A DNA stretch of 64,000 nt from Narcine bancroftii. Its lineage: Eukaryota. Position numbers and translations under genes: made by a program. This document shows, piece by piece, positions 11,603 to 23,984 of this stretch; positions within the stretch are counted from its first letter, which is position 1, and each line of letters opens with the position of its first letter. The stretch covers positions 81,344,001 to 81,408,000 of the forward strand of contig NC_091475.1 of assembly GCF_036971445.1 (NCBI RefSeq), given 5' to 3'. The notes under the pieces were generated by a model. That model was not told where the DNA came from, made no database searches, and was given only the letters and a program-made list of their open reading frames with translations.

Positions 11603-14600
11603 ATGTCTAGTTTGAAGTTTGTAACTTTAATGTTCAGGGATTAAATAATACAATTAAGCAAAAGTGAGTTTTAACTTATATTAAGAAAATGAAAATTGAT
11701 ATTGCTTTTTTGCAAGAAACACATTTGACTGAAAAAGAATATTTGAAATTGAAAAGAAATTGGGTCAGTCATGCTTTTTTCTTCTTCATTTAACTCTAAG
11801 GCAAAAGGTATAGCGATTCTAGTTCATAAGAATCTATCTTTTGAGTTACAGACTGTAGAGGAGAATGCTAGGAGGGTTTTAAAAGTGGACTGTAAAATTT
11901 TTAATGAACTCTGGACTTTACTCAATATCTACGCATCTAATCTAGATGATGAATGTTTTATCTCGACGCTTTTTTGCTATTATTTTTGCTAATGAAAATA
12001 TTCTAGTTGGGGGAGATTTTAATTGTGTTTTGGACCCATTGAAGAATAAATCACCAAAATGTATCAGAAAATCAAAGATGGCGATACAAATTGGGGCTTT
12101 AATGAAAGACTTAAATTTGATAGATATTTGGAGAAGGATTAATCCTACAGAGAAAGATTTTTCATTTTATTTTTCTAGGCATGATTCCTTTACTAGAATA
12201 GATTTTTTTAAATATCAGCACATTTACAGGGAAAGGTATTGCAGGCAGACTATAAGAGTAGAGTAATATCCGTTCATTCTTTATTCTTTTTTTCTTATGG
12301 AAGTTCAGAGGTGATATCTTATAGATATCATCTTATAGATGGAGATTTTATACAATGTTGTTGAAAAACCTGAGTTTGTTGCTTTTGTTAAGAAACAGAT
12401 TGATTTTTTTTTTCTGAACGGAAAATGTTAACTCTGTTCAAAGTAGATTTGTAGTATGGGATTTGTTAAAGGCTTATTTAAGAGGACAAATAATCAGTTA
12501 CGCTACTAAAGTTAAGAAAGGGTCAATGGCTGAAAGTATTAAATTAGAAAAGTAGATTGATGAATTGGAGAAGGAATTTCAGAAGGTAGTGACAGAAGAT
12601 CAGAAGATAGCTTTGACTAGATTGAAATTGCTGCGATATAATATGTTACAGACTTATCAATTTGAATGTTTACTTAATTGAACCAAACAATGATATGAGT
12701 GGGGTGAGAAGGTACATAAAGTACTTGCGTGGCAGTTAAAGAAGGAGCAGACTTCAAGAGTTATTAATGCTGTTAAAAATAATTCAAACCTCAGGAAATC
12801 AATGAACAGTTTTATTCATATTATAAAAAAATTAGATACTTCTGAGGGGAAACAGGATAATAGATCTATGGATTCTTTTTTATCTACATTAAAGTTATCA
12901 GCATTAGATGAAGATATTATATATTTGAAAGCTCCATTCACAGACCTAGAAATTAAGATGGAAATGATGGAAATGCCCAATGGTAAGTCACCAGGTGATG
13001 AAAGGTTTTCGGTGGAATTTTATAATGTTTTTTATGAAGATTTATCCTCGGTGTTTGGGGAGGTACTACAACAAGTGACTGAACATTATGAGTTTCCAGA
13101 ATCTTGTTCTAGTGCTTTAATTACTGTAATTCCAAAGAAAGATAGAAATTCACTAAAGGTGTCTTCGTAGAGACCTATTTCTTTACTGAATGTGGACTAT
13201 AAAATAATAGCTAAATTGTTAGCAAATTGGCTTGCTAAATATTTACCTAAATTAATACATGTAGATCAAACAGGTTTTATTAAAAATAGACATGCTTCAG
13301 ATAACATTCTTCAATTAATTAGTTTGATCAATCCATACCGACGGCAGCCCAGCCATCCAATGGTGGTTGCACTTGATGCAGAAAAAGCTTTTGATAGGGT
13401 TGAATGAAATTTTTTATTTAAGGTCTGGAAAAGTTTAAATTTGGCCCTTTTTTTATTGGCTGGATTAAAGCTTTATATACAAACCCGACTGCTAGGGTGG
13501 TGACAAATGGACAGGTTTCATCATCATTTAAATTAACACATTCTACTCAACAGGGTTGTCCATTGTCACCAGCCCTGTTTGCGTTGGTCATTGAACTGTT
13601 AGTTCAATTAGTACAGCAAAATGAGCAGATACAAGGGATGAGAGTTCTGGACGAAGAGTACAAGATTAATTTATTTGCAGATGATGTTTTGATATATTTA
13701 ACAAATTTGGAGCAATCTTTGTCGCATTTATGGGAATGTTTATTACAGTATGGATCATTATCTGGGTATAAAGTTAATTGGGATAAAAGTGAAATTTTAC
13801 CGGTAGGTGAAGGAGATTATTTAGTTTATAAAAATGTTATTAATTTGAAATGGACAGATAAAATTAAATATTTAGGAATAACTGTGAATACTGAGTATCA
13901 ATCTTTATATAAATTAAATTATGTACCATTGTTGAAAAAGATAAAAGCAGACAATTAAGTGAAAAGACCTTCCATTAACTTTAATTGGCTGGGTTAACTG
14001 TATTAAAATGAATATTTTTTCACGTATCCAGTATTTGTTTCATGCTTTCTTACAAGGAATTTTTTCTAGGATTTAAATAAAGTCACTAGGGAATTTCTAT
14101 GGAAAGGTAAATTACCAAGGGTAGCATTAAATAAGCTTACGTGGAAGTACACATTAGGTGGATTGCAATTACCTCATTTTGAGAATTATTATGAAGCAGC
14201 CCAACTTAAATTTATTAGTGGTTTGATGGATTTGGATCGACCTCCAAGTTGGGCTAAAGTTGAGATGGCATGTATTTCTGAAACTACAGTACATCAATTT
14301 ATATTTTGGTGGAATATAGATTTATTACAGAAGTATAATATGCCGATATTAAAACATCTGTTGATGTTATGGACAAAAAAGAATAAGATTATAGGATCAA
14401 AAGGTAAATTATCTATTTTAACTCCATTATATAATAATCAACTTGTTCCTTTTTCATTATTTAATAGTCATTTTAAGGATATAAAAATATTGCAAGATTG
14501 TTTTGAAGAAGGTCAATTTCTTTCTTTTACTCAATTGAAAGAGCGTTTTGATATTGCTGAAGCTTCTTTATTTGTTTACTATCAACTTCGGTCGCTGGTA

Positions 14601-15322
14601 AAAAAAAATGTATGGTAGAGAGATGATTTTACCCCTATTGTCGCAGTTCAAGTCTTTGATTTCTTCTATGGCTAAAAAGGGCTATATTTCTGTTACGTAT
14701 CAAGTATTACAAGATGATATTGATAAGTTGGAATGGGAGAAATCTGTTTAAATGGGAAAATGACTTAACTTTTTTTTTCCTGAAGACTACTGGATGGATA
14801 TGTGTCATAACAGTGTGACTAGATTGATGAATGTATGATATGGAATGGTTAATTATAACTTTTTGATTCAGTTATATTTAACTCTTGAGAAATTGAAAAA
14901 ATATGGCTTTAGTAATTCAGATTCATGTTTTAGATGTGGTAACGTGTTGAAACTTTTTTACATGCTGTTTGGTCCTGTATATATTTTTTGGGAAAAAATT
15001 AAGTCAATTTTGGAAAAATTGTATAAGTTTAAGTTACCATTGGATCCATCTGTTTTTTTTATTGGGTTATGTGATTCCTTTAAAGGGATTGGGACTGGAT
15101 AAATTCCAAATTGCATTTGTATACTTAGCATTGGCTGTAGCTCGAAAATGTATAGCAAGTACATGGAAGGATAATACAGTGGTTAAAATAATGCGATGGT
15201 ATAATGAAATGAAAGCTTGTATTGTTATGGAAAAAATTACATATGTTTTGCATGATAATTATTCTTTTTTTGTTAATAAGTGGTCATTATATTTGGAATA
15301 TATGCATTTAGATGTACCTTGA
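11603..15322 (+). pseudogene. L1 ORF2p (APE endonuclease, RT and Cys-rich C-terminus), disrupted
   Basis: EN motifs NVQGLN, LQETH, GGDFN, DIWR..NP and RIDFF. RT motifs KSPG.., LDAEKAFDRVE, QGCPLSP, LFADD and KYLG; CFRC near the end. Broken into many ORFs. Confidence 0.9.
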
Positions 15323-15401
15323 TTTATTTTATTTTTAGTTTTTCTTTATATATTTCTTTGGCTCTCAAGAGAGCTGGCAAAGGGGTGGGGGTGGGGTTTC
15401 T

Positions 15402-15407
<6 letters not shown>

Positions 15408-15463
<56 letters not shown>
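15408..15463. repeat. (TA)28 microsatellite in the L1 3' UTR
   Basis: Read directly from the sequence. Confidence 0.95.
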
Positions 15464-15468
<5 letters not shown>

Positions 15469-15719
15469 TTTTGTTGTGAAATGTATTCTGTATGTTTACC
15501 AATAATTTTTCAATGAATAAAGTTTTTTTTTAAAAGTTGTTTTTGATGGTTAATTAATATATATACTTTTAAAAACAACAGTTGGACACCAAACAGTATA
15601 ACTAGGTCAAACTTATCTTCATCTAAAAGAGCATTAGACAGCAATCCACAGAAAGATGTCAGTTCTGCTGCTGTTCTATAAGCACGAGGTCAAAGGAGCA
15701 AAATACACAGTGAAACATG

Positions 15720-15885
15720 ATAGGCTGCAGATGCTGTGATTGTAGTAAAAACATCAAAATGATGGAATTTTAGAAATCTTTCCTTGAAGAAGGGCTCAGG
15801 CCTGAAACGTCGGTAATAAATCTTTGTCTCCTATAGATGCTGAATAGACCAGATGAGTGCCTCTAGTATTTTGTTGTTTTTACTG
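15720..15885 (+). repeat. Penelope-like pLTR remnant with hammerhead-ribozyme-like core
   Basis: CTGCAGATGCTG..., then TCC TTGAAGA AGGGCTCAGGCCT GAAAC GTC GG at 15781-15813, then CTATAGATGCTG...GATGAGT. Confidence 0.6.
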
Positions 15886-16609
15886 AATATGTAGTAAGCT
15901 TTTAAGTTCATGACCAATCAGGGCAAAGCAGCCAATTTGACTGCTTGCATATTCACCACCTCAAACAATTAATTTCCTCTGGCTGGAGAACATCTAAAAA
16001 ATGCACTGTAGCAACTTGACTGCTACATCCCTTTTCACCCCTGAAGCCTTCAACTTCTTTCACCTGGAAAGATAAGCGTTACAGGTGCTATCATTCCCTT
16101 GTGATTTCATCCCATTTCCCCACTCCATACATTCCTAAAACTTACTAGATTCCTATTTTTTCCCAGTTGCTGTGACAGATCAACAGCAAACATTAACTCT
16201 GCTTATCTCTCCACACTTGCTGATTGAGCTGTTGAGTACTTCCCGAGTTTTTTGATTTTATTCCAATGTGTCATCTGACCATTGAACTGAGTTTGTAACA
16301 TGGCTAAACATTGTACCACTAAACCAACAGTGGTGATGTCATTTAGACTTCAAACATAAATCATAGCAGGATATGCAATGTTGGCTGAGATCCGTAAATA
16401 ATTACATCTGTGCTAAAAATCATACCTTTTATACAAACTTGCATTGGGCATCCGTTTGAGGGAGGCAATATACTATTGAGCTCTACATCAAATTGACACA
16501 GAAAATTTGTTTTTTATTGTATGTCATACTCACAAAATATCTTCAAGAGAGCTAATAATTATTATTTGAACTGTCAACTTAAAGAAAGCAACCAATCACC
16601 TAGAAGCAG

Positions 16610-17295
16610 AGAAACTTAGACAATAGAAGGAGAAGGCCGTTTGGCTCTTTGAGCTTGTTCCACCATTCAATACATCATGGCTGATCATGTGACCTCAGTA
16701 CCCTTTTCCTGTTTTTTTCTCCATACGGCTTGATCCCTTTAGCCATAAGGGCCACATCTAACTCCCTTTTGAATATATCTAATGGTCTGACCTCAACAAC
16801 TCTCTCCGTCAGATTGTTCCACAAGTTCACAACTCTCTGAGTGAAGATGTTTCTCTTCATCTCAGTAACTTCCCCCTTATCCTTAGATTGTGAACCCTTA
16901 TTCTGGACTTCCCCAACTTTATGAAGATTCTTTCTGCATCTAACCAGTCTTGTCCTTACAGAATGTTATATGTCTCACTAAAGTTCCCCTTTCATTCTTC
17001 TAAATTACAATGAATTTATCCTATATCCAGTCTTTCTTCATAAATCAGTCCTGCCATCCCAGGAATCAGTCTGGTGATCCTTTGGTGTTCCCTCAATGGC
17101 AAGATTAGGAGATCAAATCTATACACACTGCTCAAGAAGTGGCTTCACCAATACAACTGTCATAAGACCTCCCTACTTTCAAACCTCTTGCTATCAAGGC
17201 CAACCTGGCCTGGGGCGCTTGCGTTCCATCTTCAATGATTGATGCACCATGGTACCCAGGTCTTTTACACCTTCCAGTTTCCTAAACTGTCACCA
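16610..17295 (-). mobile_element. CR1-type LINE 3' fragment
   Basis: ORF 16675-16860 (RNIFTQRVVNLWNNL.ERVVE...FKRELD) matches the canonical CR1 ORF2 C-terminus. Upstream RT remnants extend to ~17290. Confidence 0.85.
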
Positions 17296-20200
17296 TGCAG
17301 CTAATAAAGGAAATGCATTGGTGCAGAAGGAAGGCATTTGGCCCAGATGTTACATACCAGTATTCATCCCATTCTTAAGCCTCATCCCATTTTTATTCAC
17401 TCCCTATTGTTGCAATTCTATTCTCCCCAAATGTTTTTTGTGCTTCTCTCCCATAGCTTCTGTGCCAGTGAGTTCCACTTGAGCAACTAATTATCGTTAA
17501 CCAACAATACCGTTATCTGAAATTTTACCGAGGAGGTTAGAAGGATATAATTGATCTAAACAAACAAAAGTGACCCCATCAAGGTTTTGTTGATCCGCTG
17601 GCAATATTTACACTCGAAAACTGATTACAGCATAAACATAGAACTTTTTTTTAACGGCTGATCATTCCTCTTGCTGCACGACTTTAACCGTCACCATAGG
17701 AGAAAGGAGAGTTTTTGAAATCTGGGGTGGGGGTGGGAGGGAAGGGGAAGCCTCAAGCCAACAAGCCACTCTAGTTTTTTGTGTTCTTTTAAAATTCCCG
17801 CCAGTTTTGTTTCCGTTCTCTCGTTGTGCCTAAATCTGGTGCCCTGGACACCCCCGATGCCTTGAGTGTATGGCCAGCCATTCAGTTTTGTCCCGCATAA
17901 AATAAAATTCTGTTTCACACTGAACTAGAAAGAGGGATCAAGGTTAACTTGTCTGGTCTGAAGTGTTGAATATCACACGCAACTAACATTGTCCAAGCGT
18001 ATCGCATCGTCAGCAACGGAAATAATAGGTTTTATTATCAAAACTGTTTTGATTGCAGAGTAAACTTGATTTAAACCTCTGGTCATTCTCCAAAGCTGAA
18101 AAATATAATGATAAACATCCTAGGAAATGAACTGGGGGCTAAGAATAGAATTGCAAGATTTGTTCCCCAGCAGTGGTGAAAGGTGGTGAAAGCAGCAATT
18201 CGAGTTTAGTTCATCTGGAAGATGCCTTATTGGGTTTTGTCGCATTAAAATATTATTTGCAGAGGCACACCAATTCAAGTTAGATAATGTAATATAAGAC
18301 CAGCTCAGGTTTCTTTTTATAGGTTACAGTTGGCATGCGAAAGAAAATAGAGGTATAACATATGATTTACTGTACATTTCTCGAATGAACTTGCAACACC
18401 GCTTTGAACGTGCCTTGTATCATGCATTTTTGGGAAAAATAGAGCCTCATAGATCCTGATCGTAGACAAGCAAGATGAAAAAGTCGTCTACAAAGGAATT
18501 AGGCGCTCTTGATAAAGTCGATACTATGAGTTTGCCTTGTTCCTTATGCAAAGAAAACACGTCATGCCCACACCTACCCAGTCTATTTTTGGCCCGGAGT
18601 TTTTCCAACAGCAATCATCAAATACAATGCTCGGCCAGTGAATTTCGGAGACTTTTCTGCAAATAATAGCAGCTGAGCAGGGACTGCTACTGAAGTCTAT
18701 TATCTGGAATGGCAGAGTTCGGCCATTTAAATCTCTGTGGACGGTCTGGCACAAAACACACCACTCGTGAACAAAAAAAAGTCCAAATTCTCACACAGAC
18801 CTGTCAGCGAGGTAACTTCAGCTAAGTTTAGAAAACAATCTCGCTTATTTTTAAAGAAATAAGGGTCGCTATTCTGAAATGACGTTAAAACTTATATTTA
18901 GGTCCTGAAAAGAGTGAACATTAAGGTACCAAGTTCTCTGAAAGGTATTCTTCACGGATCTCCAATAAAAATATTAGCCAACCAATTCACCTAACTTCCG
19001 GTTTGTGAGGCTAGAGCCCATTACAGAGAAAAAAAACGTGAGATTTTTGCTCTCCGGCATATATCTGCAATGCGTTTCTTTCCAAAAATATGCTGGATTT
19101 TTTGCTGCAGGTAACTCGTTCACAACCATTTATTTCCCGTCTTTTAAGATTTTAAGACTATCGGCCCTACCCCATTCCGAAACAGAAACAATTTCAGATT
19201 TAATAAAACGATAAGAAAATGGAATTATGGATTTACAGTATCAAGAAAAGGGAGCAAAGAACGAGCGAACTTTTACAACTCCCACGGGGGTCAATGGATT
19301 CAACTCACTGCTCCTCTTAATATTGTAGATCTGATTTCAATCCGAATAAAGTAAATGGTCATTCTTTAAACTGTCACAGTTGTCGGGTGAAAATATATTA
19401 AGTAAAAATGTTAGGTTCTAAAATGCACTGATTTTTTTTTCAACGAACGGTTTACATCCCGCGCAGTTAACTCTAATGCTTCGTTAAGAAGATCAGAATA
19501 AAAAATATCGGTATGTTATTCCCAAAAAAAGTTTTAATCTCCAATTCTTTTTGTAAGTGAATATACCGTGTTGAATTTATAATCACAACGCGGCCTTCAT
19601 ATTAAGCTTAATGGGCTCCCGGGACTGGTCTTAAATGTTTAATTCTCTAATGTTCAGGATCTTTGAGTCAGAAGGGATAAACTTCCAGATTGTGGTTTAC
19701 ATTTTATCTGATTTCGTGAGGAAGACTGGCTGGAAGTGGGATTCCGAGCTCGCAGTGGAAATTTGGGTTTGACGCGTCTCATCCCCTTTCCCTGCCACTT
19801 CGGCGAGGAGAGGCTGCGAAAGGTTTCAGCCCGAAACTGAGTGGCCATCCGGACCATTCCGACCAGCGCCAAAGGGCTGGGACCCGGTCATTCAATGTGA
19901 AGTTCATTCACAATTTTCCGTTTGGGGGGGGGGGGTCGGAAAAAAATGCTGACTTGTAATTTGTGCTCATTGAATAACCGTACTTAAGTTTGATTAAGAA
20001 CAAGGTACAACGTGCTAACTATTTTAATTACAAAATACTCCATCAATTTCTATTCTTTTTACACGTCCACATTAGTCATTCTTATTGGTCAATTCTTAGA
20101 GAATCAGTTGTGAACGCAGCAAATATAATTGCCGTAAAACGATATAAAGAAAGACTATGAATCTATGACGAAGTTGCTTACCTTGGCAAGGTTTGTAAAT

Positions 20201-23200
20201 ACCTTTATGTCAAGGAAATAGACATATGTCAAGGAGATGGACGTGGAGGATATCTACAATGCCAAAAGTTATAAATCTATCTGTTGCACGGGTTATATAT
20301 TTTGTTGTCCCTCAGTATCACAAAACATATAGAACAAAACAGTCAAAGGTCTGGAATGACATAGAAATGCCGGGTTAGTTTCTGTGCACCTCACACTTTG
20401 AATTGGTGCCAGTTGCTGAACAGTCTGGGTCCATCCGCGAAGTTTTAAAATATGTTGTTCACTATCAGAACTAGAAAATAGCTGATTGTTCAGCACTTAT
20501 TAATGTTTGGATAATTAAACCTCCTCTGACATTTTTTTTAAAAAATCCTCAGGTTTCATCTCTCACTCACATCGAATGATATAGCTTTTGCGTTCACTTT
20601 CTATCTAGTAGCAATATCAGAACCGCTTGTGTCACGAGTGAGCGGATAGTTGGGCACGGTAAGGGGTTGGCCTTTGACCCGTACTGTAGTTGTCAAATCC
20701 TCAACACCATCCTATCCATCCCATCAGCATCTACTCTGGCCGATTTTCATCTCTTCTTTTCCGCAGCTCGTATCAGCGGGAGTTTATTTTTATTCCTTTT
20801 CAAAATCCACTGATATTTTTAAGTCACATTATCGACTCAGAGTAATACATTTTTCCCCCGACCAATGTGTGTCACATTTTAATTAACGAGTGGCGATTGC
20901 ACAATAGAGTAGTCAAAGAGATTAATTTATTTTCCAAGGAAAATAATTTGTACGCTAACGAACACAAGCTTGTGATTATTTTAATTGGTGCAACTTCAGT
21001 AACCAAATTACTCTCTCCCTCACACTTTAATCGACATAAGTACATAGTAAGCCATTCATGTAAAACAGAATTAACCATCGCTAATCTTGTAATAAATGCA
21101 GTCATTAGCTTCTTATTAAATATGTGGAAAGGCCGAAATACTAATAACGTTTACCATTTAAATTTCAGTATTTTCCCTCTAAGCTTTGTAAGGACGCCAG
21201 TTAAGGGAGTACTTTTAATGTTACATTCAATTCACCGCCAACATATTTTGTAGATTAGTATCTCCCCAATCGCTACAGTTGAGTTTAATAGTGGCCACAT
21301 ATCATTAGTTTATTGGTTACAAATTTTCTTATAAGTAAGTGTTTGTTCTGTAATGATATATGCGAGTGAGGGAGATATATACAATGTGAACGTTTCCCTA
21401 TATAGAATAAATAATTCTCACTGGTCTGATCGTGGCTGCTTTGCAGAAGTGATGAAATCAGATGCAGTTGACAATTCGAGGAGACTCCAAATTACATACA
21501 GCCCTTTGCTGAACTTCTATCCAACACCATCGCCACTTTACAATGTGAAATTATGCTTTCACGGTGAACAGTGGCGTTCCTATTCTGAGGTATTCGATGG
21601 ACCCCAAAAATTGCATTAGACAACAAAACAATCGATAGTCAGAAAATAACTCTCTAAATTGTGTTCAAAATACAAAAATGTGGAAGATATTTTCCCAAAA
21701 TATAGATTTGTTAAGCATTTCAGTCTTTGAAATCTCTACCTCAAGCTGATTTATTGTGGAATGCATAGACTGTATCTAACCACAAGATGCAAGCAACACC
21801 ATTTCAACCCACCTCATCAATTGTGACTCTTAATGTAATGTTAACCCTAGTATTGTTAATCATTAATAGCAGGGTCAATTGAATTATTTTTTTTAAATGG
21901 CCTTATAACTTGGAAACGTACCATAAAATCTGCCGATTTGAGGGCTACAATTGAATGTTTATTAGGGCGGCTTTATAATTTATGAGCTGCCATTTCGATT
22001 GACAGGAACCTCCACATATCTCTCTGTAATTATCAATACTGCAGTCTCTCTGCCCTCAGGTGGGTCTCTATCTGTAATTTATAGGCCATTTAATGATCTT
22101 TTTATAAGAACGTATCGTAACGCTGTTTCCGTGTTCTCATCGCTCTGGTCACATTGAACTGTTATAGAGCCCATACAAGGCAGTTCCAGAAACATTTGTC
22201 CGTGGAAAGCAGATTATCCGACTTCAAAATCGACTTCCTCCCAAAGCTTTTCTGACTATCTTCTGCATACTTAAACGATAAGTTATTTCACCGATAAACA
22301 TGCCCCTTTTCCAATTAATTCGCGTGAAATTGAAAACCATTTGAATTTCAGCAACTTTTTGAGGTGTGACGTTGAAGATATCAGTCGTTGTTTGGATTTC
22401 TCAATTTGTGTGACGGTTCCTCTATGTACAAAATATCGAGCCAGGAACATCCGTCTCCGTGTTTAGACAAAAGTTATTATTAGATATGGAAGGAACGCGA
22501 GCAAAAAGGTGCTCGCGTCTTCCAGCCAGTTGATCTGGTGGTGGTGTTGGGAGGGAAATATTTAGTTCGCAATTTTTCCTCCTCACTCACCCGCACTGGG
22601 GCTGATAAATGTTGCAGAAACACATTGCGAAGAAAACTCGAGGAGCGGTCAGGCGGACACTTCTGTTTGAACGTGTGATATGCACCGACTCCCCCGGAAA
22701 ACCACGAACGAGATTAGCCTCGAGTGAGGCAAAGTCAAGTTCAAGTGTCTCCAACCAAACACTTGCTTGGTCTGCTTTACCCAATCAAGTTCTCATTTAC
22801 TTTCCGCACCAAGTCCACCTGGTCAAGGGGCTTCATTCTATGTGTTTTATTGTGCTTTTGCAGACCGACAGAAGCGGAGTGGGAACTTGACTTGCCTCCG
22901 CTCTCCCTGCCCGCTGAAGACCCGCCTCGCCGGCCGCGAGAGACAACAACTACTGGCTTGTGTGTGTGTTTGCGATGGTGCTCATCATGCCCAAGGGCAG
23001 GGCGGAAGATGGCCGTGCTTGAACTTACTTTGCTTCGACCATGGAACGGTCACCAAGCTGATCGCGTAAGGAAGGACCATGAGAGTGTAGTGTTTCGCCG
23101 CGAACTTTATGCTTGTGTGGATTAAAACTGAAACGAGGATGTTTATAGATCTTTTATATATATAAAATTAGCCGCTCCAAAACTCGTGGTTCCGTTATAA

Positions 23201-23984
23201 ACTGCTCAATTGTTCTGTTCGAAGTTGAATGCGCAAAAAAATAAATCCCATATTTTCTCTCAGACGAAATAACAAGTAACAGATGCGGCGTTTAATCAGA
23301 TTTTTATAGCGAGTACAGAACCTCCCCCCATGCCAATAACCTAAACTGGAATCTGAGCCCATTCCTCACCGTCAGCCAACTTGGAAACTCAAAACATTTC
23401 TTGCACGTGTCTGGTTTTGTAACCGGGCGATAATGAATTCCACGTCTATTTCCATGCAATTGTGAACATTCTTATGTTTTAACAATTCCATATGCAGGAA
23501 CTAATTAACAGTGACTACACCCCTCCCCCGCCATCCTACTCTCTTGCAATTATAAACGAATCCCACCATTTTACCGCGTTTGACATTACTATCTAGATTG
23601 TTTCCAATACACACGTTTAAAGTAAGTCAACCGCCCCAAAACAAAAAGTGTTAAACTGCCAATTCCGGGTGTGCAAAAAAATGTTCCGGAATATTTTCTC
23701 CAATGGATATGATTAAATAAAACAAAACGATGATAATAATTAAAGTAGCCTCAAATACTGAAGGCGTTCTAACTCAACCAGTCAGGGACCCAATCTGTGT
23801 ATTTGTACGCACTCTCAGGGAACGATTGGTCGTGACACCTTCCCCAAACCGATTAAATATGATGTTGAACAGCGAGCACACAAGTGACTGAGCTGAATCC
23901 AGCAAATGTGAGGTTGCCCAAAAGTAGCGACGAATTTGCAGGTTCTAAAATAACAACGATATCAACGAATACACCTGAACACGT

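Larger units (their letters stand above)
9619..15533 (+). mobile_element. Full-length, inactivated L1-clade retrotransposon (~5.9 kb)
   Basis: 5' GGGGCATGGCAAGATGGC start (YY1-type motif), ORF1 and ORF2 remnants, AATAAA at 15516-15521, and a perfect 18-bp TSD AAGTTGTTTTTGATGGTT at 9601-9618 and 15534-15551. Confidence 0.92.
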
